This document shows, piece by piece, positions 1 to 8,904 of a stretch of 54,490 nucleotides of DNA. The stretch comes from a virus (taxonomy: Duplodnaviria > Caudoviricetes). Where the stretch lies: positions 1 through 54,490 of the IMG/VR virus record IMGVR_UViG_3300036861_000394, one strand, 5' to 3'. Positions within the stretch are counted from its first letter, which is position 1. Each line of letters begins with the position of its first letter. The notes beneath the pieces were generated by a model. It did no database searches. It was given only the letters and a program-made list of their open reading frames with translations, and was not told the DNA's origin. A program made the translations under genes and the position numbers.

Positions 1-127
1 CCCCCCGGGCATCTCAAACGTGAGATCCTCGGGGAGCAGCGCTCCGAGCTTGATGATTTTTGCCAAAGGAGGGCTCCTTTCGGGTATGCTCCGTTAGTTG
101 TGATCCGCCGCCTCTTCTTCATCGCGT
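1..127. repeat. Terminal direct repeat, identical to 54364..54490 (circular assembly overlap)
   Basis: First and last 127 nt are identical; the repeat cuts through the tail chaperone gene; 127 is a common assembler k-mer. Confidence 0.95.
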
Positions 128-249
128 TCATCGTGCTCGGCGGCTGGCTGCTCTACATCCCGAAATGGATTCTTGTCGGGACGAAAGCGGGTCGAGAGCG
201 AAAAGCCATCTTGCGCGAACTCAAGCGCGCAAACGCGCAACGAGGCTAG
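100..249 (+). CDS. Small membrane protein (49 aa), antisense moron
   Basis: Hand-translated MIRRLFFIAFIVLGGWLLYIPKWILVGTKAGRERKAILRELKRANAQRG; fills the gap between the tail tube and chaperone genes; TATGCT at 85-90. Confidence 0.6.
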   Translation: MIRRLFFIAFIVLGGWLLYIPKWILVGTKAGRERKAILRELKRANAQRG

Positions 250-254
250 ATCGC

Positions 255-1262
255 TTACGCACCGTACGCGCTCGCGTGTCCGTTGCCCAGCCGCATGATG
301 AGCGGATGCGTTGCGCCGACCAGTGCCTTGCCGGCGACGGTCTGGTAGACCGTCTTCCCGTCCGGATCGAGCTCGGTCAGCGTGTCGCCGCGGTAGGTGA
401 GCAGATAGGCGCCGATCTCGAAGCGACGGTTTGTCTCTGCGCCGCCGCCGTCGTACTGGTTGTAGACGACGAGTGAGCCGGTCGCCACGGAGGTCGTCGG
501 CGAGACGGCCGCGCCCATGTTTACTTTCTTCCAGAGCGTCGGGTCTTCGTAGCGCAGCGTATATTCGACGTTCGTGTCCTTGTTCTGGACGACCATCTCG
601 TCAAGCGAGATCGCCTGCGCCTGCAACTCCTCGATCCCGAACGTGTGCTCGAACTTCCAGGAGTTGATCGTGGAGTCGACCGAGCCGTCGATCCGGTACG
701 ACGGTGCATAGTGATAGACGAAGGGCTCGTTGGAGCCGGTCGGGACACCATAGGTCGGCGTCAGGATCGTCGAGGAAGCTCCGTGCGTGATCCCGACCCA
801 GGGGGCCGTGATCTTGATCGGCTCTCCTGCTGCTCCCTCGATCGTGATCCCGGTGAAGCGCGCGTCCGAGATGAAGTGGACGAGCGAGGTCGCCGGATGG
901 CCGATCTGGAAGGTTGCCCAGGGGTGCGAGGCGTGTCCGGCGTGGAAGGCGTGTGAGGCCGAGAGCGTGGCGCCGGACCAGGTGGCACCTCCCGGAATGA
1001 TCGCGAGGACCTGTCCTAGCTGCTCGGGATGCGCGTAGAAGACGAGATTTCCGACCGCCTTCTGAGCGCGCTTGTAGGTGTAGGCCCAGTTGAGCCCGCC
1101 GCCGCCCTCCCGGATGTCGACAACATCCTGCTCGGCCTGAACCTCGGCCCCGGAGAGGTAGGGCAGGAAGCGGAACTTGGCCTGAGCCGTCTGCGGCGTG
1201 CCCTTGGCGCTTTGAATGCCGACACCGAAAAATGCGGCTACGTCGGCGCTTGAAAACGGCAC
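255..1262 (-). CDS. Major tail (tube) protein
   Basis: 335 aa, beta-rich; lies between the tail terminator and the chaperone/tape measure genes; SD AAGGAG. Confidence 0.8.
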   Translation of the reverse strand: MPFSSADVAAFFGVGIQSAKGTPQTAQAKFRFLPYLSGAEVQAEQDVVDIREGGGGLNWAYTYKRAQKAVGNLVFYAHPEQLGQVLAIIPGGATWSGATLSASHAFHAGHASHPWATFQIGHPATSLVHFISDARFTGITIEGAAGEPIKITAPWVGITHGASSTILTPTYGVPTGSNEPFVYHYAPSYRIDGSVDSTINSWKFEHTFGIEELQAQAISLDEMVVQNKDTNVEYTLRYEDPTLWKKVNMGAAVSPTTSVATGSLVVYNQYDGGGAETNRRFEIGAYLLTYRGDTLTELDPDGKTVYQTVAGKALVGATHPLIMRLGNGHASAYGA

Positions 1263-1289
1263 AGTGTCTCCTTAGTCAGTTGGGGTCGG

Positions 1290-1817
1290 CTAGGACCCCT
1301 CTAGCTGTTCAACTTGGTAGATCGTGAGATAGAACCCGCGCCACATCTCCGTCTGCTGGTCGGGATCGAAGACGCGGCCTGGTTGTGTTCGTAGAGGAAT
1401 GAGCCGGAAGGCAAGTGGCGATCCGTCGGCCTTGGCGAGCGCCTCCTGTGGCGCCGAATCCCAGAGAGCCTCCATCGTCGCGCGAACCTGCCGCTGCAAC
1501 CGCTTGCCGAGAAGCTGCCGATCCTTGTCCTCCTCGAGAATCCAGACGCCGATCTCGGTTTGCGAGATGAAGGAGTGCGGCCCTTCGGTATCGGGTGAGA
1601 CCTCCATCGGCCCCTCGGCGATGACGTAAGCGGGCGCGCGGGGGATCGCGGCGAGCCCAGACGTGTAGTAATCCACATCGGCCGGGACCTTCAGGGAGGG
1701 CGTCAGGATCGGGAGCGCAGCGTCGTTGTTGATTGCCTCGATGCGCGCTGCCACATTGGCTTGCAGCTTCGCCTTGACCGCTTCGACGAGAGGCTCGCCG
1801 AGCTTTAGTGACCCCAA
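1290..1817 (-). CDS. Tail terminator / tail completion protein
   Basis: Position just upstream of the tail tube gene; 175 aa. Confidence 0.6.
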   Translation of the reverse strand: MGSLKLGEPLVEAVKAKLQANVAARIEAINNDAALPILTPSLKVPADVDYYTSGLAAIPRAPAYVIAEGPMEVSPDTEGPHSFISQTEIGVWILEEDKDRQLLGKRLQRQVRATMEALWDSAPQEALAKADGSPLAFRLIPLRTQPGRVFDPDQQTEMWRGFYLTIYQVEQLEGS

Positions 1818-1869
1818 AGTTAGCTCCCTAAGCTTGGGTAAGGGGAAGCGCTACCCAAGGTTACGTTGG

Positions 1870-2385
1870 TTATGCCGCTATCCGCCCGAACGCCTTGGCC
1901 GCTTCGGAGTTGATCCACTTGACCATCTCCTGCTCCAGCTTCCGGCGATCCTCCACGCGAAACGGATCGGGGATCACCTGGCGCTGCGGCATCTTCGTCG
2001 TCCCCTCCTGGTGATAGCGGGCGTACTCCACGTCGGTCCCGTAGCTAAAGCGCATCGGCCCCTTGTCACCGGCCGCACCGGGGTTCGTCAAAGACTCTTT
2101 GAGCGAGCCCGTACGAACAAGAGGGTCAGAGGGCCAGCCGTGCCGCGACTTCTGCTCTAACGTCGACTGCGCGAGCGGGGGCCATGCTCCCTGACCGTGC
2201 GTGGAAAACTGCTCCTCCTCGACTTGCGCGAGGATCGGCTCGAAGCGATCCCAGAGCGGTTCGAGGTTGCGGAGCCTGCGCCCGAACGAGCCTGCCTGCT
2301 TCGCAATGAACTCGAGCGGGGGACGAAAGTGGATCGTGACACCGCCCGCGCCGGAAGTGACGCCGCCTGTTACCGGGGCGGGCAT
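1870..2385 (-). CDS. Virion morphogenesis protein (Mu gpG-like neck protein)
   Basis: Motifs W.PLA.ST, LVRTG.L..S, GT.VEYA.YHQ.GT.KMP.R. Confidence 0.85.
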   Translation of the reverse strand: MPAPVTGGVTSGAGGVTIHFRPPLEFIAKQAGSFGRRLRNLEPLWDRFEPILAQVEEEQFSTHGQGAWPPLAQSTLEQKSRHGWPSDPLVRTGSLKESLTNPGAAGDKGPMRFSYGTDVEYARYHQEGTTKMPQRQVIPDPFRVEDRRKLEQEMVKWINSEAAKAFGRIAA

Positions 2386-2592
2386 CTATGCCTCTAGTGC
2401 CTGAAGGCGTGTCTCTACGCTTTGCATCCAAGCGGCTTTAGCCGGGTCCTCGCAATCTGCCTGGTTCAGTTTCGCGTCAAGGACGGCTAGGCGGCGGATG
2501 ATCTCCTGGTACTCGTCGAACTGCGGACGTGTCCATTGCTGTGGGGGCACGTTGATCCGCATGTAATCGTGCAGGGCGCTCACTGAGCACAT
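2386..2592 (-). CDS. Hypothetical protein (68 aa)
   Basis: Strong SD GGAGGAAAGGAG before ATG 2592; stop abuts the next gene. Confidence 0.7.
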   Translation of the reverse strand: MCSVSALHDYMRINVPPQQWTRPQFDEYQEIIRRLAVLDAKLNQADCEDPAKAAWMQSVETRLQALEA

Positions 2593-2721
2593 CGGCAGAC
2601 TCCTTTCCTCCCGGAAACGGGCGCATAGGGTTAGGTCGAATCGGCTTCGGCTTACGCGAACTGATCTCAAACCTCTGCCCGGGGAAAGCCCGCGTAATGA
2701 ACCGCGCAAGGGCGTGACACA

Positions 2722-2871
2722 TTACGACTTGCTCCACGGACAATCCTTGACGTGCTTGCCATTCCGGCTCTTACAAAGCGCGCAGGCGTAGCCATACAAC
2801 TTGCGATTGAATCCATTCCCCACCAGGAACATGGCGATCACTACAGCGAGGCAGAGCGTGAGTGCTTCCAT
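2722..2871 (-). CDS. Small membrane-anchored protein with CxxC...H...C motif
   Basis: MEALTLCLAVVIAMFLVG...CALCKSRNGKHVKDC; TAATG coupling to the upstream gene. Confidence 0.55.
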   Translation of the reverse strand: MEALTLCLAVVIAMFLVGNGFNRKLYGYACALCKSRNGKHVKDCPWSKS

Positions 2872-3338
2872 TACGGCACCCAGTCCATCGTCGCCTGTGG
2901 ATCGACGCCGGAAGTAGCCAGCGGATTCGAGGTCGAATACGAGCGGGGAAGCTCGCGGCCTTGCCCCTCGGGCCCGGGCGGCGCGCCGATCAGAATGTAG
3001 TCGCCCGCGCGCAGCATCTTCAGCGCCTCCGCATAGGCCGCGCAGTAGGTATCGGCAAGCGGCATCTTGCCCGCTTCGCTGCCGGGGAAGATCACGCGCA
3101 AGGTGTGGCAGCCTGCACCGCGCACGGTCAAGAGTTGCATCTGTCCGTAGGCAGCGGTCGCGGTCGTCGAGATTGGGACTGCGTAGCCGGCGGCGGCGGC
3201 GGCGGAGTCGAGCTCGGCACTGATCTGCTCGCAGACCGTCGCCACTTCTCCGATCGTGAGCGGGAGTGAGGAGCCTGTGATCGTGCCCACGGCGGCGGGG
3301 AGCGTCAGCACGAACGAAGAGGCGTCGATGTAGGCCAC
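2871..3338 (-). CDS. Head-tail adaptor (Mu gp36-like)
   Basis: MAY start, SAELDS...GY.VP, Y..ALKML motifs; position after the capsid genes. Confidence 0.7.
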   Translation of the reverse strand: MAYIDASSFVLTLPAAVGTITGSSLPLTIGEVATVCEQISAELDSAAAAAGYAVPISTTATAAYGQMQLLTVRGAGCHTLRVIFPGSEAGKMPLADTYCAAYAEALKMLRAGDYILIGAPPGPEGQGRELPRSYSTSNPLATSGVDPQATMDWVP

Positions 3339-3341
3339 TTG

Positions 3342-3842
3342 CTACCCCTTCGGCGCGGCGATCGTAGTCAACGGCATCCAGTAGTTGACTCGCCAGCGAT
3401 TCGTCCTGACGAGGATGATCCAGAAATGAAACCGGCCAGCATCGGGCGCGAACATCTCCACGATCGCCTCCACGCGATGCCCGTTCGCCTTCACAACTTG
3501 GGCGATTTCCGCAGTCACCTTGTACTTTGAGAGGAAGGGCACGACCGGGATGGTTCCCAGGCCCCACTCCGTTCGCGACATGCCCCCTTGCATCTTGGTC
3601 GTCACGAGGTCGTAGGAGCAGGCGACGCTGGTACGCGTAACTGCAGTTTTGATGAAGGTCGCGGCAACCGCGCCTGCATTGTCGGCAACCGTCGGGCAGG
3701 GCTTCGGATCGTGCTTGAACGCGGGGAGGTAGACGAATACTAGGACGAAGGCCGCGAACATCGCGAGCGCGATCGTCATCCCAATCTGGTAGATGTGGCG
3801 GATGGCAAACGGGCGCCAGCGGCGCGCGAGACGATCTCGCAT
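3342..3842 (-). CDS. Membrane-anchored hypothetical protein
   Basis: One TM segment IALAMFAAFVLVFVYL followed by a small domain; SD present. Confidence 0.65.
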   Translation of the reverse strand: MRDRLARRWRPFAIRHIYQIGMTIALAMFAAFVLVFVYLPAFKHDPKPCPTVADNAGAVAATFIKTAVTRTSVACSYDLVTTKMQGGMSRTEWGLGTIPVVPFLSKYKVTAEIAQVVKANGHRVEAIVEMFAPDAGRFHFWIILVRTNRWRVNYWMPLTTIAAPKG

Positions 3843-3850
3843 GAAGGCTC

Positions 3851-6800
3851 CTAGGCTGCTACGAGCGCGCGCGGCTTCCGCTTGCGTTTAGCTTGCGTCT
3901 CGCCTGCGAGCGCGAGCCAATCCTTGAACGGCTCCGACCAGTCGAGCTTCGCGGTTCCTCTCCGGGCCCGAGCGCTCCACTTCGTCCAGAACTCCTCGTC
4001 AATCAGACTGCGGACGACGTGATCGACAAACACCTTGCCGTACTCGGGCGTGTGATTATGCGGCGCATCCTCGTCGCCGCCCCAGGGGATCTGAATCCCA
4101 TGCGGGCCCACCGATTCCTTGAGAGCGGCGAGGTCTGAGGTAATCGGAACGAGTCCTGCCGCCCGCGCCTCCATCGCGCCGATGCAGGAGGTCTCGAGGA
4201 ACGCGGTCGGATACGACCAGACCCGCGCCTTCATCATCTCGTCGGCAAGCTCGCGCTGTCCGACCCGACCGCGCATGAAGACGCCGCCCTCCTCGCCCCC
4301 GCACGCTTCGGTTAGCTCGATCACCCGCGCCTTGTAGGCCATTAGATGCGGCTGGGTCAGAGCCACTCGGTCGAATACGTCCCAACCGTAGAAAACGTGA
4401 AGCTCGGCCTTCGGAACCTGTTCGCGGATCAGTGGCCAGAGTTCCAGGAGTCGATCCAGTCCGCGGTCGGCAGAGGACGAATAGATGCAGCGCGGGAAGC
4501 GGTCAACATACTCGCGCTGATACGCGATGTAGACATCCTCCCCATCCCATTCGCGGAAGCTGATCCCGTTTCGGATCACCTGTAGCTTGTTTTGCGCGAA
4601 TGGGTAAAGTCGGGCGAAGCGATCGCGCTGCCAGTTCGAGAGAGTGATGATGGAGTCGATCTTGGCCGCGCGATCCTCAGTAAGGATGCCAGGGTACGAA
4701 TGGTCGTGGCACCAGAGCGCGGTCTTGCGTGCCCCGAGCTGATTGTCGAAGACGTGCGGCATCCGGGAGACGATCAGGAGGTCGGTCTCCTCGGTCGGGT
4801 CCCAGGCGGTGTGCGGTCGCCAGAGCGCGCCGCCGTAGAGTCCCTGCTCGGCGCCGGAGTAGACCTTCGTGCGATACCCCGCCTGCGCGAAGCGGGTAGC
4901 GACCTGCACGAGCGCCGTCTCCGAGCCGCCTAGCCCACCCTCGCGGATCGAGGCCGGCGACCACGGCTCCCAACCCGCGCCCGCATAGAGGGTCACAGTC
5001 CCCTTGCGCTTCTTCGGGATGTAGCCGCAGAACGTGACCCGGTCGCCGTCACCGACATGCAGCGCCTTGACCTCGCCGCGGGCGGAGATCATCTCGGCAA
5101 GCTCGTGGATCGGGATCGCGCGCAGATGCCCCTTGCGTTCTACCTTTGCCCAATTCGGAAGCTGTCCGTTCTCGAAGGCACCGTCTGGGGTGGAGACGTA
5201 GATGCGGCCTCCGGGACGAAGCAGCGACTCGCAGACCTTCAGCGTCTTCTCGATGTCGGGGACGTGCTCGATGACCTCGAAGAGAGAGACGGCGTCGTAT
5301 GGCTCAAAGCGAGGAGGTTCGGGATAGTGGTAAATATCGGTTAGAAGCTTCCGGGCGTTATGTAGATCCCCATGAACGATTGTCGCATCACGTGAGAAGC
5401 GTTCTTTTCGTTCGATCGCCTTCTCGTAGGACGTGCGGTTGAGCTCCACGCCGTCGCAGCGATAGCCCTTGCGAGCGAGCGCCTCGCCCATCCACCAGTC
5501 GTTGCAGCCGAGATCGAGGACGATAGGCTTCCGGCCTAGCTCGGCTTCCTGCTCGGCCAAGCCATCGAGCAATCCCTTGACGCGACCGAACATCTCTCCG
5601 ACAAGGTCGATGTGCTCGTCGAGGAGCGTCGATTCCTTCGGCTCGTCCTGATACCAGCGGGCATACTCCTCCGGACGCAGGTAGTGCTTGACCATCTCCC
5701 GCTGGTCGGCCCGGGCCTTGACAATCTCGGGCCGCTCGGCGATGACGTAGGGGACGTTCTCCAGGATCGAGTACGCCTTTAGGTTCTCGTCGTAGCGAAC
5801 GCAGACCTCGCGCAGCTTGAGCGCGGCCTCTGTGACCTCGTGCTCGAAGCGCGCCTGCTCGAAGACGGCTAGCCGTTCCTGAAGCTGCGGATTGTCGGGA
5901 AGGATCTGCGCGGCCTGCGCGAAGGTGGCGCTTGCCTCTTGCCAACGGCCGAGATTCCCGTACGCCTCCGCGAGTCGGATCAGCGGCAGGAACGTGAATT
6001 CGAGCGGATTCAGGATCAGCATCGACTGGGGCATCCCGAGCTCTAGCGCCCGCTTCGCGAATTCCTCGACCCGGTTCCACTGACCCAGCACTGCGAACGA
6101 CTCGGCGAGCCCGCAGTGGGTCTCGGCCCAGTCGCCTCGTTCCTTGTACGCCTGCCACTCGACCTCGACGGCAGCGAGTGGGTTTCCGATCAGGCGCAGA
6201 CAGGTCGCTAGCTTGTGGTGGACCTGCGCGCGCTCGTCTGTCCAGCCGGCCTCGGGGTGTTCGAGGTAAGCCTGGAAGTAGCCCGCCGCTTCCTGGAACT
6301 GTCCGCGTGCCATCTGCTCGGTGCCGAGATAGGCGATCGTGCGCGGATCGAGCGGCTTTCCTTCCGCCTCTGCCCGCTCCTTCGCGGCGAGCAAGATCTC
6401 TAGGTTTCGCGTCGGCGGATAGCGGTCCGGCGGCCGCTTGTGGATATACCAGATTTGCTCTTTCTGGACCATCGCCAGATTCGAGGGTTTGCCCTCTGGC
6501 GGGACGAGAACCTCATGGACCGCGCACTGCCATTTGTAGCCCGCGCTCCGTCGCATGAGTCGCTCGCGCCAGAGCTGGCAGACACAGTTTCCGTGCTCGT
6601 CCTGCGCGTAGTCGTAGAAGAAGACGAAGCCATCTAGCTCGGGTGGTGCACTCTGCGCGAGGACGCGAAGCTGGTGGGCGTTCGCCACGACATCATCGTC
6701 ATCTAGCCAAACATTGAATTCAAAGTCATCCGGCACCATCGCGAACGATTGCTCGCGTGCCCAGGCGAAATCGTCTCGCCATTCGCCGCGCTCGATCGTG

Positions 6801-7072
6801 ATCGGTGCCAGCGGCAGATAGATGCAGTCGGCCCGTTCCTTCGCGGGCGGCGCCTTCAGCTTGCCGACCATCTCGCCGGTCTCGCGCTTGGCTGTGGCGA
6901 GTATCTGCCGGTTGAGCTTCTCGATCAGCCTGAAGGTGCCGTCAGTCGAGCCGGTGTCGTAGATGTAGACCGCGTCGACAAAGGGACGGATCGAGTCGAG
7001 GCAGGCTTCGAGAGTCTTCGCCGAGTTCTTACAGATGAGCGCGGCGGCGATCTTCGGTGGATTCACTGCCAT
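3851..7072 (-). CDS. Multidomain glycosyltransferase: GT2 - TPR - class I SAM methyltransferase - GT4
   Basis: GT2 motifs LICKN, DTGSTDGT, DFAWAR, WLDDDD, VHE; TPR-like helices; MTase motifs VLDLGC, FEVIEHV; GT4 motifs GGSE, SSADRGL, ETSCIGAMEA. Confidence 0.9.
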   Translation of the reverse strand: MAVNPPKIAAALICKNSAKTLEACLDSIRPFVDAVYIYDTGSTDGTFRLIEKLNRQILATAKRETGEMVGKLKAPPAKERADCIYLPLAPITIERGEWRDDFAWAREQSFAMVPDDFEFNVWLDDDDVVANAHQLRVLAQSAPPELDGFVFFYDYAQDEHGNCVCQLWRERLMRRSAGYKWQCAVHEVLVPPEGKPSNLAMVQKEQIWYIHKRPPDRYPPTRNLEILLAAKERAEAEGKPLDPRTIAYLGTEQMARGQFQEAAGYFQAYLEHPEAGWTDERAQVHHKLATCLRLIGNPLAAVEVEWQAYKERGDWAETHCGLAESFAVLGQWNRVEEFAKRALELGMPQSMLILNPLEFTFLPLIRLAEAYGNLGRWQEASATFAQAAQILPDNPQLQERLAVFEQARFEHEVTEAALKLREVCVRYDENLKAYSILENVPYVIAERPEIVKARADQREMVKHYLRPEEYARWYQDEPKESTLLDEHIDLVGEMFGRVKGLLDGLAEQEAELGRKPIVLDLGCNDWWMGEALARKGYRCDGVELNRTSYEKAIERKERFSRDATIVHGDLHNARKLLTDIYHYPEPPRFEPYDAVSLFEVIEHVPDIEKTLKVCESLLRPGGRIYVSTPDGAFENGQLPNWAKVERKGHLRAIPIHELAEMISARGEVKALHVGDGDRVTFCGYIPKKRKGTVTLYAGAGWEPWSPASIREGGLGGSETALVQVATRFAQAGYRTKVYSGAEQGLYGGALWRPHTAWDPTEETDLLIVSRMPHVFDNQLGARKTALWCHDHSYPGILTEDRAAKIDSIITLSNWQRDRFARLYPFAQNKLQVIRNGISFREWDGEDVYIAYQREYVDRFPRCIYSSSADRGLDRLLELWPLIREQVPKAELHVFYGWDVFDRVALTQPHLMAYKARVIELTEACGGEEGGVFMRGRVGQRELADEMMKARVWSYPTAFLETSCIGAMEARAAGLVPITSDLAALKESVGPHGIQIPWGGDEDAPHNHTPEYGKVFVDHVVRSLIDEEFWTKWSARARRGTAKLDWSEPFKDWLALAGETQAKRKRKPRALVAA

Positions 7073-7296
7073 GCCTCATCGAAATGGGCCTTGCCCCAAA
7101 ATTCGATGAACGAGAAACCCTGGCACCAGGCGTCTTCCGGGTGCATCCCGCTTTCGATGCAGAGGCGTGCGATCGTCGCGCCTGTGTCGAAGATGTGCTC
7201 GACGAACCCGGTCAGTTCATGGGTATTGCGGACTGTGGTGAGTTTGGCTGCCTGCTTGGCCACAAGCGAGGCGGGAGGAATGGGAACTCTGGGCAA
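7063..7296 (-). CDS. Hypothetical protein (77 aa) coupled to the glycosyltransferase gene
   Basis: SD AAGGAG plus TTG; 10-nt overlap with the GT start. Confidence 0.55.
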   Translation of the reverse strand: MPRVPIPPASLVAKQAAKLTTVRNTHELTGFVEHIFDTGATIARLCIESGMHPEDAWCQGFSFIEFWGKAHFDEAWQ

Positions 7297-7320
7297 GGAG
7301 GGCTCCTTGGGTAGTGATGT

Positions 7321-7412
7321 GCCTTGACGGCGACGGGGATCTCACGGCGGAGCCCGATCCGCGAAACATCCCCGTCGCCCTCAAGGCTGGCGGGTGAGGG
7401 GGCCGGGCTCCT
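7321..7412 (-). other. Two strong RNA hairpins after the capsid gene
   Basis: GAGGGGGCCAGG/CCGGCCCCCTC stem, then a GCCTTGAGGGCGACGGGGAT/ATCCCCGTCGCCGTCAAGGC stem. Confidence 0.6.
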
Positions 7413-7434
7413 GGCCCCCTCTGTGTCAAGCGGC

Positions 7435-8439
7435 TTAGGCGACAGCCGCCGTCAGCGTGTAACCGGCAAACGGGGCTACGACCTTCTCGGCGATGGTCTC
7501 GCCGACCGCGAACCCGTCGAGCCTTCGCACGTCGTCACGCCAAGACCGCGTGAGGCGCGGCTCAGACGTGAATGTGTACGCAAGGGACGGGGAATCGAGC
7601 GCGGGACCCGGGGTGACGTATGCGAGTAGCACGTCCTTGCCCCAGATGTCGGAGTAGGAAGCGGTCTGACCTTCCTTGGCCGTGTTCTTGATGTTGCCCG
7701 GCACGAGCACCCGCATCCCCAGAATCCGCGATGGAAGCAGCGGGAACTGCTGGAAGTAGGCATTCGACTCAGGCGAGCCCGTGTATGTATTCAGCGGGCC
7801 ACCGGCAGACGAGAAGATGATCGACTTGTTCATCCCCTCTGCAACAGCCGCCGGAATGACGAGCGTGTTCGGACGGACGCCGACCGACTGGCGCATTTTC
7901 TGAGCGCCGGTCGTCAACTGACCCACGAAGTCTTTCCATGTGGTCGTCGCAGCGTCCAACTGCGGAGAAGCCGCAGCGGTCATCGTGGAGTCGATCCCAC
8001 CTACGATCGGCTCGCCGTTGATGACGGTCGTCGAGGTGTTGATCTTGAGCAGTGCGGCCATCCGCATCTCGCGGAGTGTCTGCAGGTTGCGAAGCGTTCC
8101 GATCTGCTTCGTCTCTTCGAGTCGTAGCTGGCTGTCGGCGTTCTTGCGCTCGCGATCGGAGATCGTCCACGCAAGCTCACGCCGAAGCGCCGAGTACGAG
8201 CTCGTCGAGTAGCTGAAGTCGACCTCGCGGGGTGCGGCGCGGTCGGCCGTCAGGTCGGAGACATCGCTTCGGTAGAACGGACCCTGATCCCAGACCACGT
8301 AGTTGTCGGTCTCGTGGACGACTGGAAGGCGGGGGCAGATGTCCTCGGCGATGAATCCCTCTTCCAGCGGCATGTAGCGCGCTGCAAGGTTCGAGAGGAG
8401 GACGTTCGTGTGAACGTTCCCCACGGAGAGGGTTGCCAT
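7435..8439 (-). CDS. Major capsid protein
   Basis: 334 aa after the protease and cement genes; motifs L.N.A..Y, FIA..I.P..PV, G.RPNTLVI, IWGKDV.L.Y. Confidence 0.9.
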   Translation of the reverse strand: MATLSVGNVHTNVLLSNLAARYMPLEEGFIAEDICPRLPVVHETDNYVVWDQGPFYRSDVSDLTADRAAPREVDFSYSTSSYSALRRELAWTISDRERKNADSQLRLEETKQIGTLRNLQTLREMRMAALLKINTSTTVINGEPIVGGIDSTMTAAASPQLDAATTTWKDFVGQLTTGAQKMRQSVGVRPNTLVIPAAVAEGMNKSIIFSSAGGPLNTYTGSPESNAYFQQFPLLPSRILGMRVLVPGNIKNTAKEGQTASYSDIWGKDVLLAYVTPGPALDSPSLAYTFTSEPRLTRSWRDDVRRLDGFAVGETIAEKVVAPFAGYTLTAAVA

Positions 8440-8482
8440 TGGTTACTCCTGTGGGGCGAGCTAATCTCGCCCAGGTATCGGG

Positions 8483-8875
8483 TTAGATGAAGCTCGGGTT
8501 CACGAGGACGCTGAAGACGTCCCCAGCGGCGGCGTTGACAAGTGCCTTGCCGACCACGCCGACTGGCGCGGAGCCAACTCCGCCAGCGGCGACGAGAGCG
8601 ATAGCGCCGAGCGAGCCGAGGCCAAGCGGAGCGCCCGCCCCGATTGAGGCTCCCGCGATCATCTTCGCGACGCCGTAGGTGATGACCTCGCACGAATCAT
8701 TCGCAGCGTGCGATGCCCTCGTAACGCCGAGGGGAGTGATCCCGGAAGCGGCCGGGATCACCGATTCGTCGAGCTGTGAGCCGGCTGCCGCCACTCCCAC
8801 TCCGGCATACGCCCGAACCGCGGACGCAGCACGCTGCGAGATGACAAAAGCCGCGCTCTGACCTTCATGTGCCAT
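8483..8875 (-). CDS. Capsid cement/decoration protein (DUF2190-like)
   Basis: Gly/Ala-rich 130 aa ending VGKAL.AA.GD..SVL; directly upstream of the capsid gene. Confidence 0.8.
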   Translation of the reverse strand: MAHEGQSAAFVISQRAASAVRAYAGVGVAAAGSQLDESVIPAASGITPLGVTRASHAANDSCEVITYGVAKMIAGASIGAGAPLGLGSLGAIALVAAGGVGSAPVGVVGKALVNAAAGDVFSVLVNPSFI

Positions 8876-8904
8876 TGGTTACTCCTGAGAAGCCCGCTAG
8901 GGGC

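Noticed and set aside
1-127. Terminal repeat as physical virion DNA ends
   Set aside because: The length equals a common assembler k-mer and the repeat cuts through a gene, so an assembly overlap is more likely
3851-7072. Glycosyltransferase as a DNA hypermodification enzyme
   Set aside because: It lies in the late structural operon, has a TPR domain, and no base-hydroxymethylase or similar gene was seen; a protein substrate is more likely but unproven
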